Assembly: GCA_038104735.1 (NCBI GenBank)
Contig: JAYOBI010000007.1
Location: 9,780-73,779, forward strand
Origin: Gammaproteobacteria bacterium
GTDB taxonomy: Bacteria > Pseudomonadota > Gammaproteobacteria > Pseudomonadales > Azotimanducaceae
Length of the DNA: 64,000 bases
Reading direction: 5' to 3'
A program made the position numbers and the translations under genes. Positions 18,593-28,039 of the stretch are shown one piece after another. Each line of letters begins with the position of its first letter. Position 1 is the first letter of the stretch. The notes beneath the pieces were generated by a model. The model did no database searches, was not told where the DNA came from, and was given only the letters and a program-made list of their open reading frames with translations.

Positions 18593-18872
18593 GTTTGTTG
18601 CCGGTCAGGAGTAGCGCTGCCTGCTTGAGGCCATGACGCAAGCGTTGATTAAGCGGCAGATGACGGCTCTCTTGCACACCGCTGAGGAAACGATTGACTT
18701 GGGGAACCGCCATTAATTTTCGGTGCAGGGTAGGGGATGCCGACGAAAAGCAAAGAACGGCGATGGCAAAAAAAACGAACCCGGGCATAAATGGAATCGC
18801 CAGTCCCACAAAACCAAGCACTGTACAGATCCCACCGGCAAGCAGCAGTAGCGTTTTAGAGGTCAACCACAT
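18585..18872 (-). CDS. Second YbaN/DUF454-like membrane protein (short, divergent)
   Basis: LGFVGLAIPFMPGFVFFAIAVLCFSSASPTLHRKL parallels the DUF454 motif. Confidence 0.65.
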   Translation of the reverse strand: MWLTSKTLLLLAGGICTVLGFVGLAIPFMPGFVFFAIAVLCFSSASPTLHRKLMAVPQVNRFLSGVQESRHLPLNQRLRHGLKQAALLLTGNKHD

Positions 18873-19030
18873 GGAGATTTGCCCGTCGGTGATAACATAG
18901 CCATTCTGACTCAGAGAATGGCAAACACGGTTGCAAGTTTCCACCGCAATTGCCGGGCTTGGGGTCTAAACTCAACAGCGGTAATGGGCTAGCGACCTAT
19001 TTTCGCACCCATAAACGAGGGAGTAGGCCA

Positions 19031-19711
19031 GTGCTGGAAATAGAAATCTTTTCGGACGCCATCTGTCCATGGTGTTTTATCGGCAAGCGGCGTTTAGATG
19101 CGGCGCTAAAGGTGCCGGAAAACCCGAGTATCACAGATCCAGAAGTGAGCCTGCGTTGGCGACCTTATTTACTGTATCCGAATCTGCCACCCGAGGGCGT
19201 AGATCGGGGCGAGCTGTTGCGCCGTCGTTACGGGCCGCGCGGCGATAAAGGCCGGGTGCCAGCGACGATTCTGGCCGAGGCGGAGGCAGAGGGTATTGGC
19301 CTGCGCTACGATTTGATCCAGCGGACTCCCAATACGCTCCCAGCCCACCGATTGGTGGAATGGGTCTACTTACACCAGGGTTGGCGGTCCCAGCACGAAC
19401 TCGTTGAAACCCTATTTCTGGCTTATTTTTGCCAGGGCGTGGATGTGGGTAACCCAGCAGTGCTGCGGGAACTGGCGCAACCCTACGGGCTGAATTCAGA
19501 GCAGCTGGATGGCGTTCTGAACGGCAGCGGTGAGGTTGGGACGCACTTGAATGCGCAAACGCATCGGCAGTTGGAACGTGCCACAGATCTCGGGGTCTCC
19601 GGCGTTCCGGGTTACGTTATGGGCGGGAGCTACCTATTGCCTGGGGCTCAGAGCGTTGAAACCATGCAAGCGATTATTCAGCGGGCGAAAGTTAAGTTCG
19701 CTACTCACTGA
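19031..19711 (+). CDS. DsbA/FrnE-family oxidoreductase
   Basis: EIFSDAICPWCFIGKRRL, PNTLPAH, GVSGVP. Confidence 0.88.
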   Translation: MLEIEIFSDAICPWCFIGKRRLDAALKVPENPSITDPEVSLRWRPYLLYPNLPPEGVDRGELLRRRYGPRGDKGRVPATILAEAEAEGIGLRYDLIQRTPNTLPAHRLVEWVYLHQGWRSQHELVETLFLAYFCQGVDVGNPAVLRELAQPYGLNSEQLDGVLNGSGEVGTHLNAQTHRQLERATDLGVSGVPGYVMGGSYLLPGAQSVETMQAIIQRAKVKFATH

Positions 19712-19738
19712 TTGTCCCTCGCTGATTGCTCCTGAGTG

Positions 19739-20584
19739 CTAGGTCATCGTGTGAGCAGGTACGGCGGCACTGGCGACTTCGCCAACGATGCGAGCCGGGA
19801 CACCAGCCACGGTTACGTTAGCGGGCACATCTTCCAGCACAACGCTACCGGCGCCCACCTTGGCGTTCTGGCCAATCTCAATGTTGCCAATGACTTTGCA
19901 GCCAGCGGAGAGCAACACGCCTTTGCGAATTTTCGGGTGACGATCCCCGCCGCTTTTTCCTGTGCCGCCCAGCGTCACCGAATGCAGCATCGAGACATCA
20001 TCTTCAATCTCACCGATCACGATGCCGGTGGCGTGGTCGAACATGATACCGCTGCCGATTCTAGCCGCAGGATGAATGTCGACCCCCAGGGTCACGCTGA
20101 TTTGATTTTGGAAGAACTGGGCCAGCGTGTGGCGATTTTCTTGCCACAGCCAGTGGGCTATCCGATGCGCCTGAAGGGCGTGATAGCCCTTAAAAAACAA
20201 GAACGCGCTGGATAGATCCCGGCAGGCGGGATCGCGCGTGAAATTGGCGATAATGTCAATCTCCGCTGCATTCAAGATGTCTCCATCCGCTGCCGTCGCT
20301 TCAGCGATCACGTCCCGAATGAGCATGGTGGGCAGCATTGGATTGTCGAGTTTACTGGCCAAACGAAAGCTCAAGGCGTCGCCGAAAGTCTTGTGATTCA
20401 AGATGGTGGCATGGAAATAGCTGCCCAAAATTGGCTCTTCCATAGCCTTGCGCTGAGCTTCTTCGCGCATAACCGGCCAGAGATCTTCAAGACGGTGCAG
20501 TTGCGCCAGAGGATCTGCCTGTTGATCCTGCATGACTTCCTGAAAACGATGTTCCAAGGTGGATGGACTAATTTTTGCTGTCAT
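19739..20584 (-). CDS. cysE: Serine O-acetyltransferase (carries a 3-aa in-frame gap)
   Basis: RDPA, KGYHALQ, VDIHPAA, DHATG, TLGGTGKSGGDRHPKI, GVPARIV. Confidence 0.93.
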   Translation of the reverse strand: MTAKISPSTLEHRFQEVMQDQQADPLAQLHRLEDLWPVMREEAQRKAMEEPILGSYFHATILNHKTFGDALSFRLASKLDNPMLPTMLIRDVIAEATAADGDILNAAEIDIIANFTRDPACRDLSSAFLFFKGYHALQAHRIAHWLWQENRHTLAQFFQNQISVTLGVDIHPAARIGSGIMFDHATGIVIGEIEDDVSMLHSVTLGGTGKSGGDRHPKIRKGVLLSAGCKVIGNIEIGQNAKVGAGSVVLEDVPANVTVAGVPARIVGEVASAAVPAHTMT

Positions 20585-20841
20585 GCTCAAACCCCCTAGT
20601 AATGTGTTGGACTGGCAAAGTGTTGGACTGGCGATGCGCAAACCCGTGCGGTGTCGAAACAAGCGCCAACCACATCGTCAGGGGCGGGGGAGGTTAGCAG
20701 CTACGCGCCCGCGGTGCCAAGGGCTGCCAATTGGCTCGGCTAATTCACCCATTGTGGGGGGGCGTGGCCTTGTGTAGGGTGCCGCATCTGAATTATCCCG
20801 TTATTTAACGAGCATCTGCGCGCCCAAGCTGTGGAGTTTAC

Positions 20842-21753
20842 GTGAGCATATCCATTAACACCGTTGCCATCGTCATTCGGCATTACACGCCTGCAATTAT
20901 GGCCAGCGTTAATGCGGTAGAGGCGTTTATGCAGACCCAAGGCGTGGGTGTTTTGTTCGGCGAGCAAACCCTTGCCGTACTGCCCACCGAGGCTCCGGAT
21001 GGGCGGGCCCGGCGCAGCTGTAGCAACGATGAGATGGGCGATGCTGTAGATCTGGTCATTGTCGTTGGCGGAGATGGCAGTTTGCTAGGGTTTGGGCGCG
21101 AAATGGCGGCGTCTGGCGTCCCCGTAGTGGGTGTTAATCGAGGCGGACTGGGTTTCTTGGCGGCTATTTCACCGGATCAAATCGAGACCAAGTTCGCCGA
21201 AATACTGTCTGGCCAATACGGGGTTGAGGACCACTTTTTGCTACAGGCGTCGGTACTTCGCCATGGCAAGGTAATTGCCCAACAGAGTGCGCTAAACGAC
21301 GTGGTGGTAAGCCCCGGTGGCGTTATGGGTATGATGGAGTTTGCGCTTTGGCTGGATGACGAATTTGTCTACGACCAGCGCTCAGATGGTCTTATCGTTG
21401 CCAGCCCAACAGGATCCACTGCCTACGCGCTCTCTGCCGGAGGGCCGATTATGCACCCGGGTCTTAACGCCTTAGTGGTTGTGCCGATGTTTCCGCATAC
21501 CCTGACCTCACGGCCGCTGGTGGTGCCTGGAGATCAAGTATTGCGCTTGAAGCTTTTGGAGGATCCGGGCACGCCACCCCAGATCAGCTGTGATTCTCAA
21601 GTGCAGATTCGTTTTGAAATCGGCGATGAGATTCAGATTCAAAAACATCCCAGTCAGCTTAAGCTTCTGTATCCCTCGGATCACAGTTTCTACGAGGCCT
21701 GTCGCTCCAAGCTGGACTGGGCCAGTCGGCTTGGTGGCCAGCCGTTGAGCTAG
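20842..21753 (+). CDS. nadK: NAD+ kinase
   Basis: GGDGS, LGFLA, LND, DGLIVASPTGSTAYALSAGGP. Confidence 0.95.
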   Translation: MSISINTVAIVIRHYTPAIMASVNAVEAFMQTQGVGVLFGEQTLAVLPTEAPDGRARRSCSNDEMGDAVDLVIVVGGDGSLLGFGREMAASGVPVVGVNRGGLGFLAAISPDQIETKFAEILSGQYGVEDHFLLQASVLRHGKVIAQQSALNDVVVSPGGVMGMMEFALWLDDEFVYDQRSDGLIVASPTGSTAYALSAGGPIMHPGLNALVVVPMFPHTLTSRPLVVPGDQVLRLKLLEDPGTPPQISCDSQVQIRFEIGDEIQIQKHPSQLKLLYPSDHSFYEACRSKLDWASRLGGQPLS

Positions 21754-22349
21754 GAATGTAAATCGGTTGCGTGATCGATATCGCGCAAAATGCCAGGGTC
21801 GGCTAGCGGGATATCCTCAATCTCGTCAAAACGGGCCTTGAGCAGGTCGCGGGCGCCCTGGTCTCCGGTCAGGTCAGCAAGCGCCGGGAACAGCGTTCGA
21901 TGAAACCCAATAGGATGGCCGTGAGGTGGGTCGCCAGCCGATGACGTCAGCTTGGGGCCGAGCTGGGGGCGCAGGATAGTCTTTTTAGTCACGCCAGCGG
22001 CGTCGACGAGTTGTTGCAGGGTTAGCGGCTGTATAAAGGGCATGTCGGCTAAACCGACAAAGGCCCAATGCCAGTCGAGGCCCGGAATCGCCGCCGCCAG
22101 GGAATGCCCCATTCCGAGGTGAGCCTGGTCAGTAAATATTCGCTCTGCCTGGGCGGGCAGGCGATCTGCCAGTTCCAGATCGTCGGTTCGCAACACGACC
22201 TTGAGGCTAGTAAATACCGAGAGGTAGGTTTGGACCGTTGTCTCTGCTACGGTTTTACCGTTCAGTGGTGCCAGCCTCTTATCACTGCCGAAACGCTTGC
22301 CGAAGCCGGCGGCTAAAATGATAGCGCCTATTTCCAATCGTTCATCCAC
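21750..22349 (-). CDS. MocA/MobA-like nucleotidyltransferase (molybdenum cofactor cytidylyltransferase-like)
   Basis: ILAAGFGKRFGSDK, GMGHSL, LADMP, GHP, GDQGAR, DID; immediately downstream of the xdhC-family gene. Confidence 0.82.
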   Translation of the reverse strand: MDERLEIGAIILAAGFGKRFGSDKRLAPLNGKTVAETTVQTYLSVFTSLKVVLRTDDLELADRLPAQAERIFTDQAHLGMGHSLAAAIPGLDWHWAFVGLADMPFIQPLTLQQLVDAAGVTKKTILRPQLGPKLTSSAGDPPHGHPIGFHRTLFPALADLTGDQGARDLLKARFDEIEDIPLADPGILRDIDHATDLHS

Positions 22350-22381
22350 CGCCGGTGGCGCTGTGACCGTAGCAAACGATG

Positions 22382-23380
22382 TCAGGCAAGAGCAGCAACC
22401 CTCTGCACTGCAGCAACAGCCTGGTTTTTTCGCACAGCGGTGATCTCTGCCAAGATCGCGATAGCAATCTCTGGAGGGGTTTTGCTGCCAATGGGCAAGC
22501 CAATTGGCGCATGCAGCCGTTCAATGTCGGCAGGCTCCACGTCAAGGGCTAACAAGCGTTCACGCCGGGCGGCAGAGGTTCGGCTGGAGCCCATGGCGCC
22601 AATGTAAAAGGCTTCGGTACCCAGGGCTTCCATAAGACCCATATCGTCGATGCGAGGATCGTGGGTGAGGGCAACGATGGCGGTTGCCGGGTCGTTAGCG
22701 TGGGCTCGTACTGCATCATCGGGCATGTCGGCGATTTTGCGCACGCCCGCAACGGCGAACTGCTCGAGCAAATCTTTTCTGGGATCACAAACGGTAATTT
22801 CATAATCCAGGCTCAGTGCCATTTGAGCGAGGTAGGCGCTGACCATGCCGGAGCCAATGATAAAGAGTTGGTGTGCGGGTCCATAGGTGTGCTCTAGTCG
22901 CTGACGCTCTGGATCCCAGACTAGGGGAGCCGGTTCGCTGGGGGCGACGATGGACGCACTCTGCTTGGCGAGCTCTACCACGCGTTTTACGCTTTGGCGC
23001 TGGGCCAGCGCGGTGGACAGCTGCTGAAAGTGCGCCTGACTTTCCCCTGTGGGTTCAACGGGTTCCACCACGATGTAAAGATGCCCGCCGCAGGGCAGAC
23101 CAAGCTTCTCCGTTTCTTCAGCGGTTATCCCGTACTGAAAGAACTCTGGACCCTCGGTGGCCAGTTCCCCGGCAGTGAGCTTTTCCAGTAAGTCATCTTC
23201 GACGCAGCCACCGGAAAGCGAGCCGACTACCACGCCTTGTTCATTGCAGGTGAGCAAGGAACCCACTGGGCGCGGTGAGGAGCCCCAAGTTTGGACCACT
23301 GTGGCTAACCAGCAGGCTACACCGTCGGTCAGCCAAGCGTTAACCTGGTCTAGTACTTCTTTGTCTACAGCCTGCAGCAT
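22382..23380 (-). CDS. XdhC/CoxI-family molybdoenzyme maturation factor
   Basis: TWGSSPRPVGS, GSLSGGCVE, GLPCGG, LTHDPRIDD, YIGAMGS, PIGLPIGSKTPPEIA. Confidence 0.92.
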   Translation of the reverse strand: MLQAVDKEVLDQVNAWLTDGVACWLATVVQTWGSSPRPVGSLLTCNEQGVVVGSLSGGCVEDDLLEKLTAGELATEGPEFFQYGITAEETEKLGLPCGGHLYIVVEPVEPTGESQAHFQQLSTALAQRQSVKRVVELAKQSASIVAPSEPAPLVWDPERQRLEHTYGPAHQLFIIGSGMVSAYLAQMALSLDYEITVCDPRKDLLEQFAVAGVRKIADMPDDAVRAHANDPATAIVALTHDPRIDDMGLMEALGTEAFYIGAMGSSRTSAARRERLLALDVEPADIERLHAPIGLPIGSKTPPEIAIAILAEITAVRKNQAVAAVQRVAALA

Positions 23381-23623
23381 CGGGTGGCCTAACTCGTCGT
23401 TTTCTTGGGAGAGAACCCTAGCGCTTTGCGCGCATTCCTGCCACAGGTGGAGGCGTCGACAGCTTCCCGCCGCTTTGACAGGATTTGTTCGGTATTTTTC
23501 TGAAAACCATCGCTAAAGGCGTTGATGTGCCGTTCAAAGATGGTCGAGATTTACCACGGATCCGATCCTGCCAGGAGCAAGGCTGCTGTAGTAAACTTGG
23601 CGGTTTCAATACCGGTATCGTTC

Positions 23624-26302
23624 ATGTCCAGCGCATCTAACCAGGCTTCCTCGACTGCTAACGAAACATCTAAGGCTGTTTTCCTTGCCGACTATCAGCC
23701 CCCGGCTTACACTACCACCGACGCGCAGCTTCACTTCGACATTCGTGACGGACAAACTACGGTGTCCAGCAGTCTTCAAGTTCAACGTTTAGCGGCCAGT
23801 GGAGATACTCTGGAGCTGCTTGGGGAAGAGCTGGAGCTGGTGTCCGTGGCCGTCGACGGCCGCGCGTTGAGCAGCAATGAGTTTGAAGTGTCGGATCGCA
23901 GCCTGAAAATCTTCGGGCTGGGCGAACAGCATCAAATTCAAATCGTGAACACCATCGTGCCCGAGAACAACACCGCACTGGAGGGTTTGTACCGATCCAG
24001 CAGCATGTACTGCACACAGTGCGAGGCCGAGGGGTTTCGTAAGATCACCTATTATCAGGACCGTCCGGACGTTTTGGCAAAATTCACGACCACGATCCAG
24101 GCGGATGCGCAGCTGTATCCAAATTTGCTCTCTAACGGCAACCTGATTGAGGAAACGCTCTTAGCTGATGGTCGCAAGCAGGCGACCTGGCGTGACCCTT
24201 TTCCCAAGCCCAGCTATTTGTTTGCCTTGGTAGCGGGAAACTTGGCGGTGGTGGAGGACAGCTTTACCACCGTGAGTGGTCGTGAAGTGAAGCTGCAGAT
24301 CTTTTCTGAGCCTCACAACATCAGTCAATGCGACTACGCCATGGACGTACTCAAACGGTCCATGCGCTGGGATGAGGAGATCTTTGGCCGGGAATACGAT
24401 CTGGATATTTTTATGATCGTTGCGGTGGAAGATTTCAACATGGGGGCCATGGAGAACAAAGGCCTGAACATTTTTAATACTTCCTGCGTGTTGGCCTCAC
24501 CGGATACCGCAACTGACGATGCCTATCAGCGGGTTGAGGCAGTAGTGGCTCACGAGTATTTCCACAATTGGTCAGGCAATCGCGTGACCTGTCGGGATTG
24601 GTTTCAGCTCAGCCTTAAGGAAGGCTTTACGGTATTTCGCGATGCCGAGTTTTCCAGCGATATGAATTCGCGAGCGGTAAAGCGCATAGAGGACGTCGGC
24701 TTGCTGCGCGCGGTGCAGTTTGCCGAAGACGCCAGCCCGTTAGCGCACCCGGTGCGGCCCAGCAGCTACATGGAAATCTCGAATTTTTATACCACCACCA
24801 TCTACGAAAAGGGCGCGGAAGTGGTGCGGATGTATCACACGTTGCTGGGTGCTGAAGCGTTTCGGCGCGGCACCGACCTGTATTTCGATCGTCATGATGG
24901 CACCGCAGCCACCACTGATGATTTTGCCCAAGCCATGGCAGACGCGGGCAATACTGATCTGAGTCAATTTAAGCGCTGGTACGAGCAGCCTGGAACCCCG
25001 CGAGTGCAGGTGCAGGAAAGTTATAGCGACGACACGCTAACGCTGGAAATTGTCCAAGCCCCGGCAGAGCTACCGAATCAAGAGCACCAATTGCCTTTCC
25101 ACATGCCGATTCTGCTGGGGTTGCTTGACAGTGATGGTCAGCCGTTGGAATTGGACCCGGCACACCTGCACAGCAGTGCTGAACTGGACATTCGCGATGA
25201 TGCTCGCACACTGTTGGTTGGGGCCAAGGATAAGGTGACGTCGGTCAGCATCGGCGGTCTTGGGGCCAAGCCTGTGGTGAGTTTTTTACGCGGATTCTCG
25301 GCACCAGTGAAAGTGACCCATGAGCGGGATCCCAGGGAACTGGCTTTTATCGTGCAGCACGATTCGGATGGCTTCGTGCGCTGGGACGCCATGCAAACCC
25401 TGTGGATGCAGCATTTTGACAACGCTGTGGAAGCAGCAGTGGATCCGGTGTCGATTCTCGGCCAGTTGGCAGACCAGGCTTTGGCAAGTAGCTCGCCGGA
25501 AGAGCAGCTTTTGGCAGCGACCATGCTGGCGGTGCCGAATGAGAACTATTTGTTTGAGCAGCTTCGAGGCTTTGATGTGGATGCGCTGCTCGATGCTCGT
25601 GATCAAGCCCTCACTGACGCTGCCACAGCCCATGGTGATAGCTGGGAGGCCTTGGTTGAGCGCTACGACAGCCAAGGCGAGTATCAGGCCAATGCAGCGG
25701 GTATTGCGCGACGGGCACTCGGTAACCTGGCATTTTCCTATTTGTGTCGAACGCTGGCAGGGACGACGCTGGAGCAAATCCTGCAGCAACGATACGACCA
25801 AGCCGACAATCTTACTGATCGGCGTACGGTGTTGGGCATTGTCTGTCGGCATGAAGGTGTGAGCCAAGACTATCGAAAGAGCCTGCTCGAGGACTTTTAT
25901 CAGCGTTGGCAAGACTATGCCTTAGTGATTGATCTATGGTTTAACCTGCAGGCGCAAAGCCCATTAACGACGATTGATGGGCTTAAGGCGTTGGAATCCC
26001 ACCCAAATTTTGACGTAAAAAATCCGAATAGAGTCCGGTCTTTGTACGCTGCTTTTGGCATGCTGAATAACCGGCGGTTTCATGCCCTGGATGGCTCTGG
26101 TTACCAGTTTCTCGGTGACGCCATTATGAAGCTTGATGCGTTGAATCCCCAAATCGCCTCGCGGCTTACCATGCCGCTGACCCGCATGGGCCGCTACGAT
26201 GCAGGTAGACAAAAGCTCATGCGAGCACAGCTTAATACCATGTCCGAAAGTCCCGACCTTTCCAAAGACCTATACGAAATCGTAATCAAGAGCTTGGCCT
26301 AA
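23624..26302 (+). CDS. pepN: Aminopeptidase N
   Basis: GAMENKG, HEYFH...E zinc motif, YEKGAE, NPNRVRSL. Confidence 0.97.
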   Translation: MSSASNQASSTANETSKAVFLADYQPPAYTTTDAQLHFDIRDGQTTVSSSLQVQRLAASGDTLELLGEELELVSVAVDGRALSSNEFEVSDRSLKIFGLGEQHQIQIVNTIVPENNTALEGLYRSSSMYCTQCEAEGFRKITYYQDRPDVLAKFTTTIQADAQLYPNLLSNGNLIEETLLADGRKQATWRDPFPKPSYLFALVAGNLAVVEDSFTTVSGREVKLQIFSEPHNISQCDYAMDVLKRSMRWDEEIFGREYDLDIFMIVAVEDFNMGAMENKGLNIFNTSCVLASPDTATDDAYQRVEAVVAHEYFHNWSGNRVTCRDWFQLSLKEGFTVFRDAEFSSDMNSRAVKRIEDVGLLRAVQFAEDASPLAHPVRPSSYMEISNFYTTTIYEKGAEVVRMYHTLLGAEAFRRGTDLYFDRHDGTAATTDDFAQAMADAGNTDLSQFKRWYEQPGTPRVQVQESYSDDTLTLEIVQAPAELPNQEHQLPFHMPILLGLLDSDGQPLELDPAHLHSSAELDIRDDARTLLVGAKDKVTSVSIGGLGAKPVVSFLRGFSAPVKVTHERDPRELAFIVQHDSDGFVRWDAMQTLWMQHFDNAVEAAVDPVSILGQLADQALASSSPEEQLLAATMLAVPNENYLFEQLRGFDVDALLDARDQALTDAATAHGDSWEALVERYDSQGEYQANAAGIARRALGNLAFSYLCRTLAGTTLEQILQQRYDQADNLTDRRTVLGIVCRHEGVSQDYRKSLLEDFYQRWQDYALVIDLWFNLQAQSPLTTIDGLKALESHPNFDVKNPNRVRSLYAAFGMLNNRRFHALDGSGYQFLGDAIMKLDALNPQIASRLTMPLTRMGRYDAGRQKLMRAQLNTMSESPDLSKDLYEIVIKSLA

Positions 26303-26314
26303 CACGCTATACGC

Positions 26315-28039
26315 TCAACTGGGGAATAGTTCGGGTAAAACAGATGCAGGCTGTTGATAGTGCTTTTTACAGTCAGCTAAATAGCGATCAATTGCCCCTT
26401 GACCTAGCAAGCGGTGGTCCTGGGTGAACCTACCTTGAGCGAAGCACGCGGTGTTTAACGCTTCTAGGAAAGCGGCGGCGTCTTCGCTACTGGCAGCAAA
26501 ACGGTCCAAAGCCCTGGCTCGCGGCAAACCGCAAAGACCGGTCAAAAAACTCGCTAATGTCTTTCGCAGGACGGCTGGTTCACCGTCTTTTAAGGCGTTT
26601 TGCAGTTGCTTCAAGGTACTGGCGGCCAGCTGTTCGCTTGCGATTCTTGCGGGAGGATTTGCATTTTCAGCTGGGGGTCGCGTTTGCCTGCGCCTAGCTC
26701 GCAGTAACCCAATTCCGCTTAGCGCGACTAATGCGGCGACTACCGCGGCCCAGTCCAAGCTATTGGCGTGGCTTTGAATGGTGCCGCCAACCTGGGTCTC
26801 TGCAGAACGTGGGGGTGTCGATGCAGTGTTGGGCGGCTGCTGGGTTTGGGTGGCTGGCCCGGTTACCGTTAGGGCCATGGTCTCGATGCTGGTAGTCATC
26901 ACTTGCTCTGTATCGGTATTCCACCACGTGACTGTCCTTGCCGGTAAGCGATGTGCGCCAGGGATGATCGGCACTAAATCAATGGCCTCAGTGCGCACAC
27001 CGAATACGCCGCTGCCGGACAAATCATTTTTGATGTTTATCGGCTGCGAGTAGTCACGGAAAACCTGGGTGTCTACGGTATTGGTGTCCGGGGCAATGCT
27101 TGCTCCGGTATTGCCGCGCACGTTTATCGTTACTACTTGGCGGATGGTATCTCCCACTTTGGCGGGCTGGCTGAGGTCTGGCTGATAGGTCGCGGTAGCG
27201 GTAACAGACTTGGCTGGCAGCCAAGACTGGTCTGCAGGATAGGTAGGAGGAATGGGCTGCACTTTGACGGTTCGCTCCTTGGAGGCCACTTTTACGGTTT
27301 TGCGAGACCGCGTTGTGGCGCCGTTCAAAGGCACACTGGCGTTGATGCTTTCGGCGGGAATGGTCAGTGCGCCACTACGCTCCGGAAATATTGCGTAGCG
27401 CTGCTCGTAGACGCCCATGGTCCGGCCTGCGCGGGTGACGCTGTAGGATCGATCCTCGCCAAGTGTTAGTACTTGAGCGGCTTCAATTTCAGGTGGCGCG
27501 AGTTGTCCCCCGTAAAGCTGAACGCCGTCGACGTAAAAAAGCTTGCGGGTGAGTAGCAGTTGGCTTTGCACATAGATCGTGTCGGCGGAAAGCTCGAGCT
27601 CATAAAAAACGAGGTCGCTGATTTGCTGCAGGACAGCATTGCTAAGCTGACGAACCTGCAGTGTTAGCGGGGCCGTGCGCTTGTTACCGATAACAATGGG
27701 TGCGATGACAACTTGCCCCGTGCGCTTGGGTTGCAGGGTGATCCGGTAGTCCACCCAACTTTGCGCGCGACCGTTAATAAACTGATATTGGCTGCTGGTA
27801 TTCACGCCAAGAATCTGAAAGTTAGCGTCGAGGGCGGAAAGGTCCGGCGTTTGGGTCTCTCGGGATTCAAGGTCTCGAATTACCAGTTGCACCGAATCCA
27901 GCTCCTCGATTTCGCTGGCCGATAGCGCGGTGCGCAGTTCTGCGTAGGTTGGCAAACACGCGAGCAGGAGCATGCTGGCCAGTAACATTCGGGCCGGGCT
28001 GGATTGCATGACTTTTGCTTGGCCTAAATAAGTCACCAA
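26315..28039 (-). CDS. BatD-family protein
   Basis: Last gene of the MoxR/VWA operon; Ig-like beta repeats, C-terminal TM, WLPAK motif. Start may be 28036 or 28009. Confidence 0.75.
   Translation of the reverse strand: MVTYLGQAKVMQSSPARMLLASMLLLACLPTYAELRTALSASEIEELDSVQLVIRDLESRETQTPDLSALDANFQILGVNTSSQYQFINGRAQSWVDYRITLQPKRTGQVVIAPIVIGNKRTAPLTLQVRQLSNAVLQQISDLVFYELELSADTIYVQSQLLLTRKLFYVDGVQLYGGQLAPPEIEAAQVLTLGEDRSYSVTRAGRTMGVYEQRYAIFPERSGALTIPAESINASVPLNGATTRSRKTVKVASKERTVKVQPIPPTYPADQSWLPAKSVTATATYQPDLSQPAKVGDTIRQVVTINVRGNTGASIAPDTNTVDTQVFRDYSQPINIKNDLSGSGVFGVRTEAIDLVPIIPGAHRLPARTVTWWNTDTEQVMTTSIETMALTVTGPATQTQQPPNTASTPPRSAETQVGGTIQSHANSLDWAAVVAALVALSGIGLLRARRRQTRPPAENANPPARIASEQLAASTLKQLQNALKDGEPAVLRKTLASFLTGLCGLPRARALDRFAASSEDAAAFLEALNTACFAQGRFTQDHRLLGQGAIDRYLADCKKHYQQPASVLPELFPS

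Noticed and set aside
19736-20215. 159-aa plus-strand ORF
   Set aside because: Antisense shadow of cysE; no motifs.
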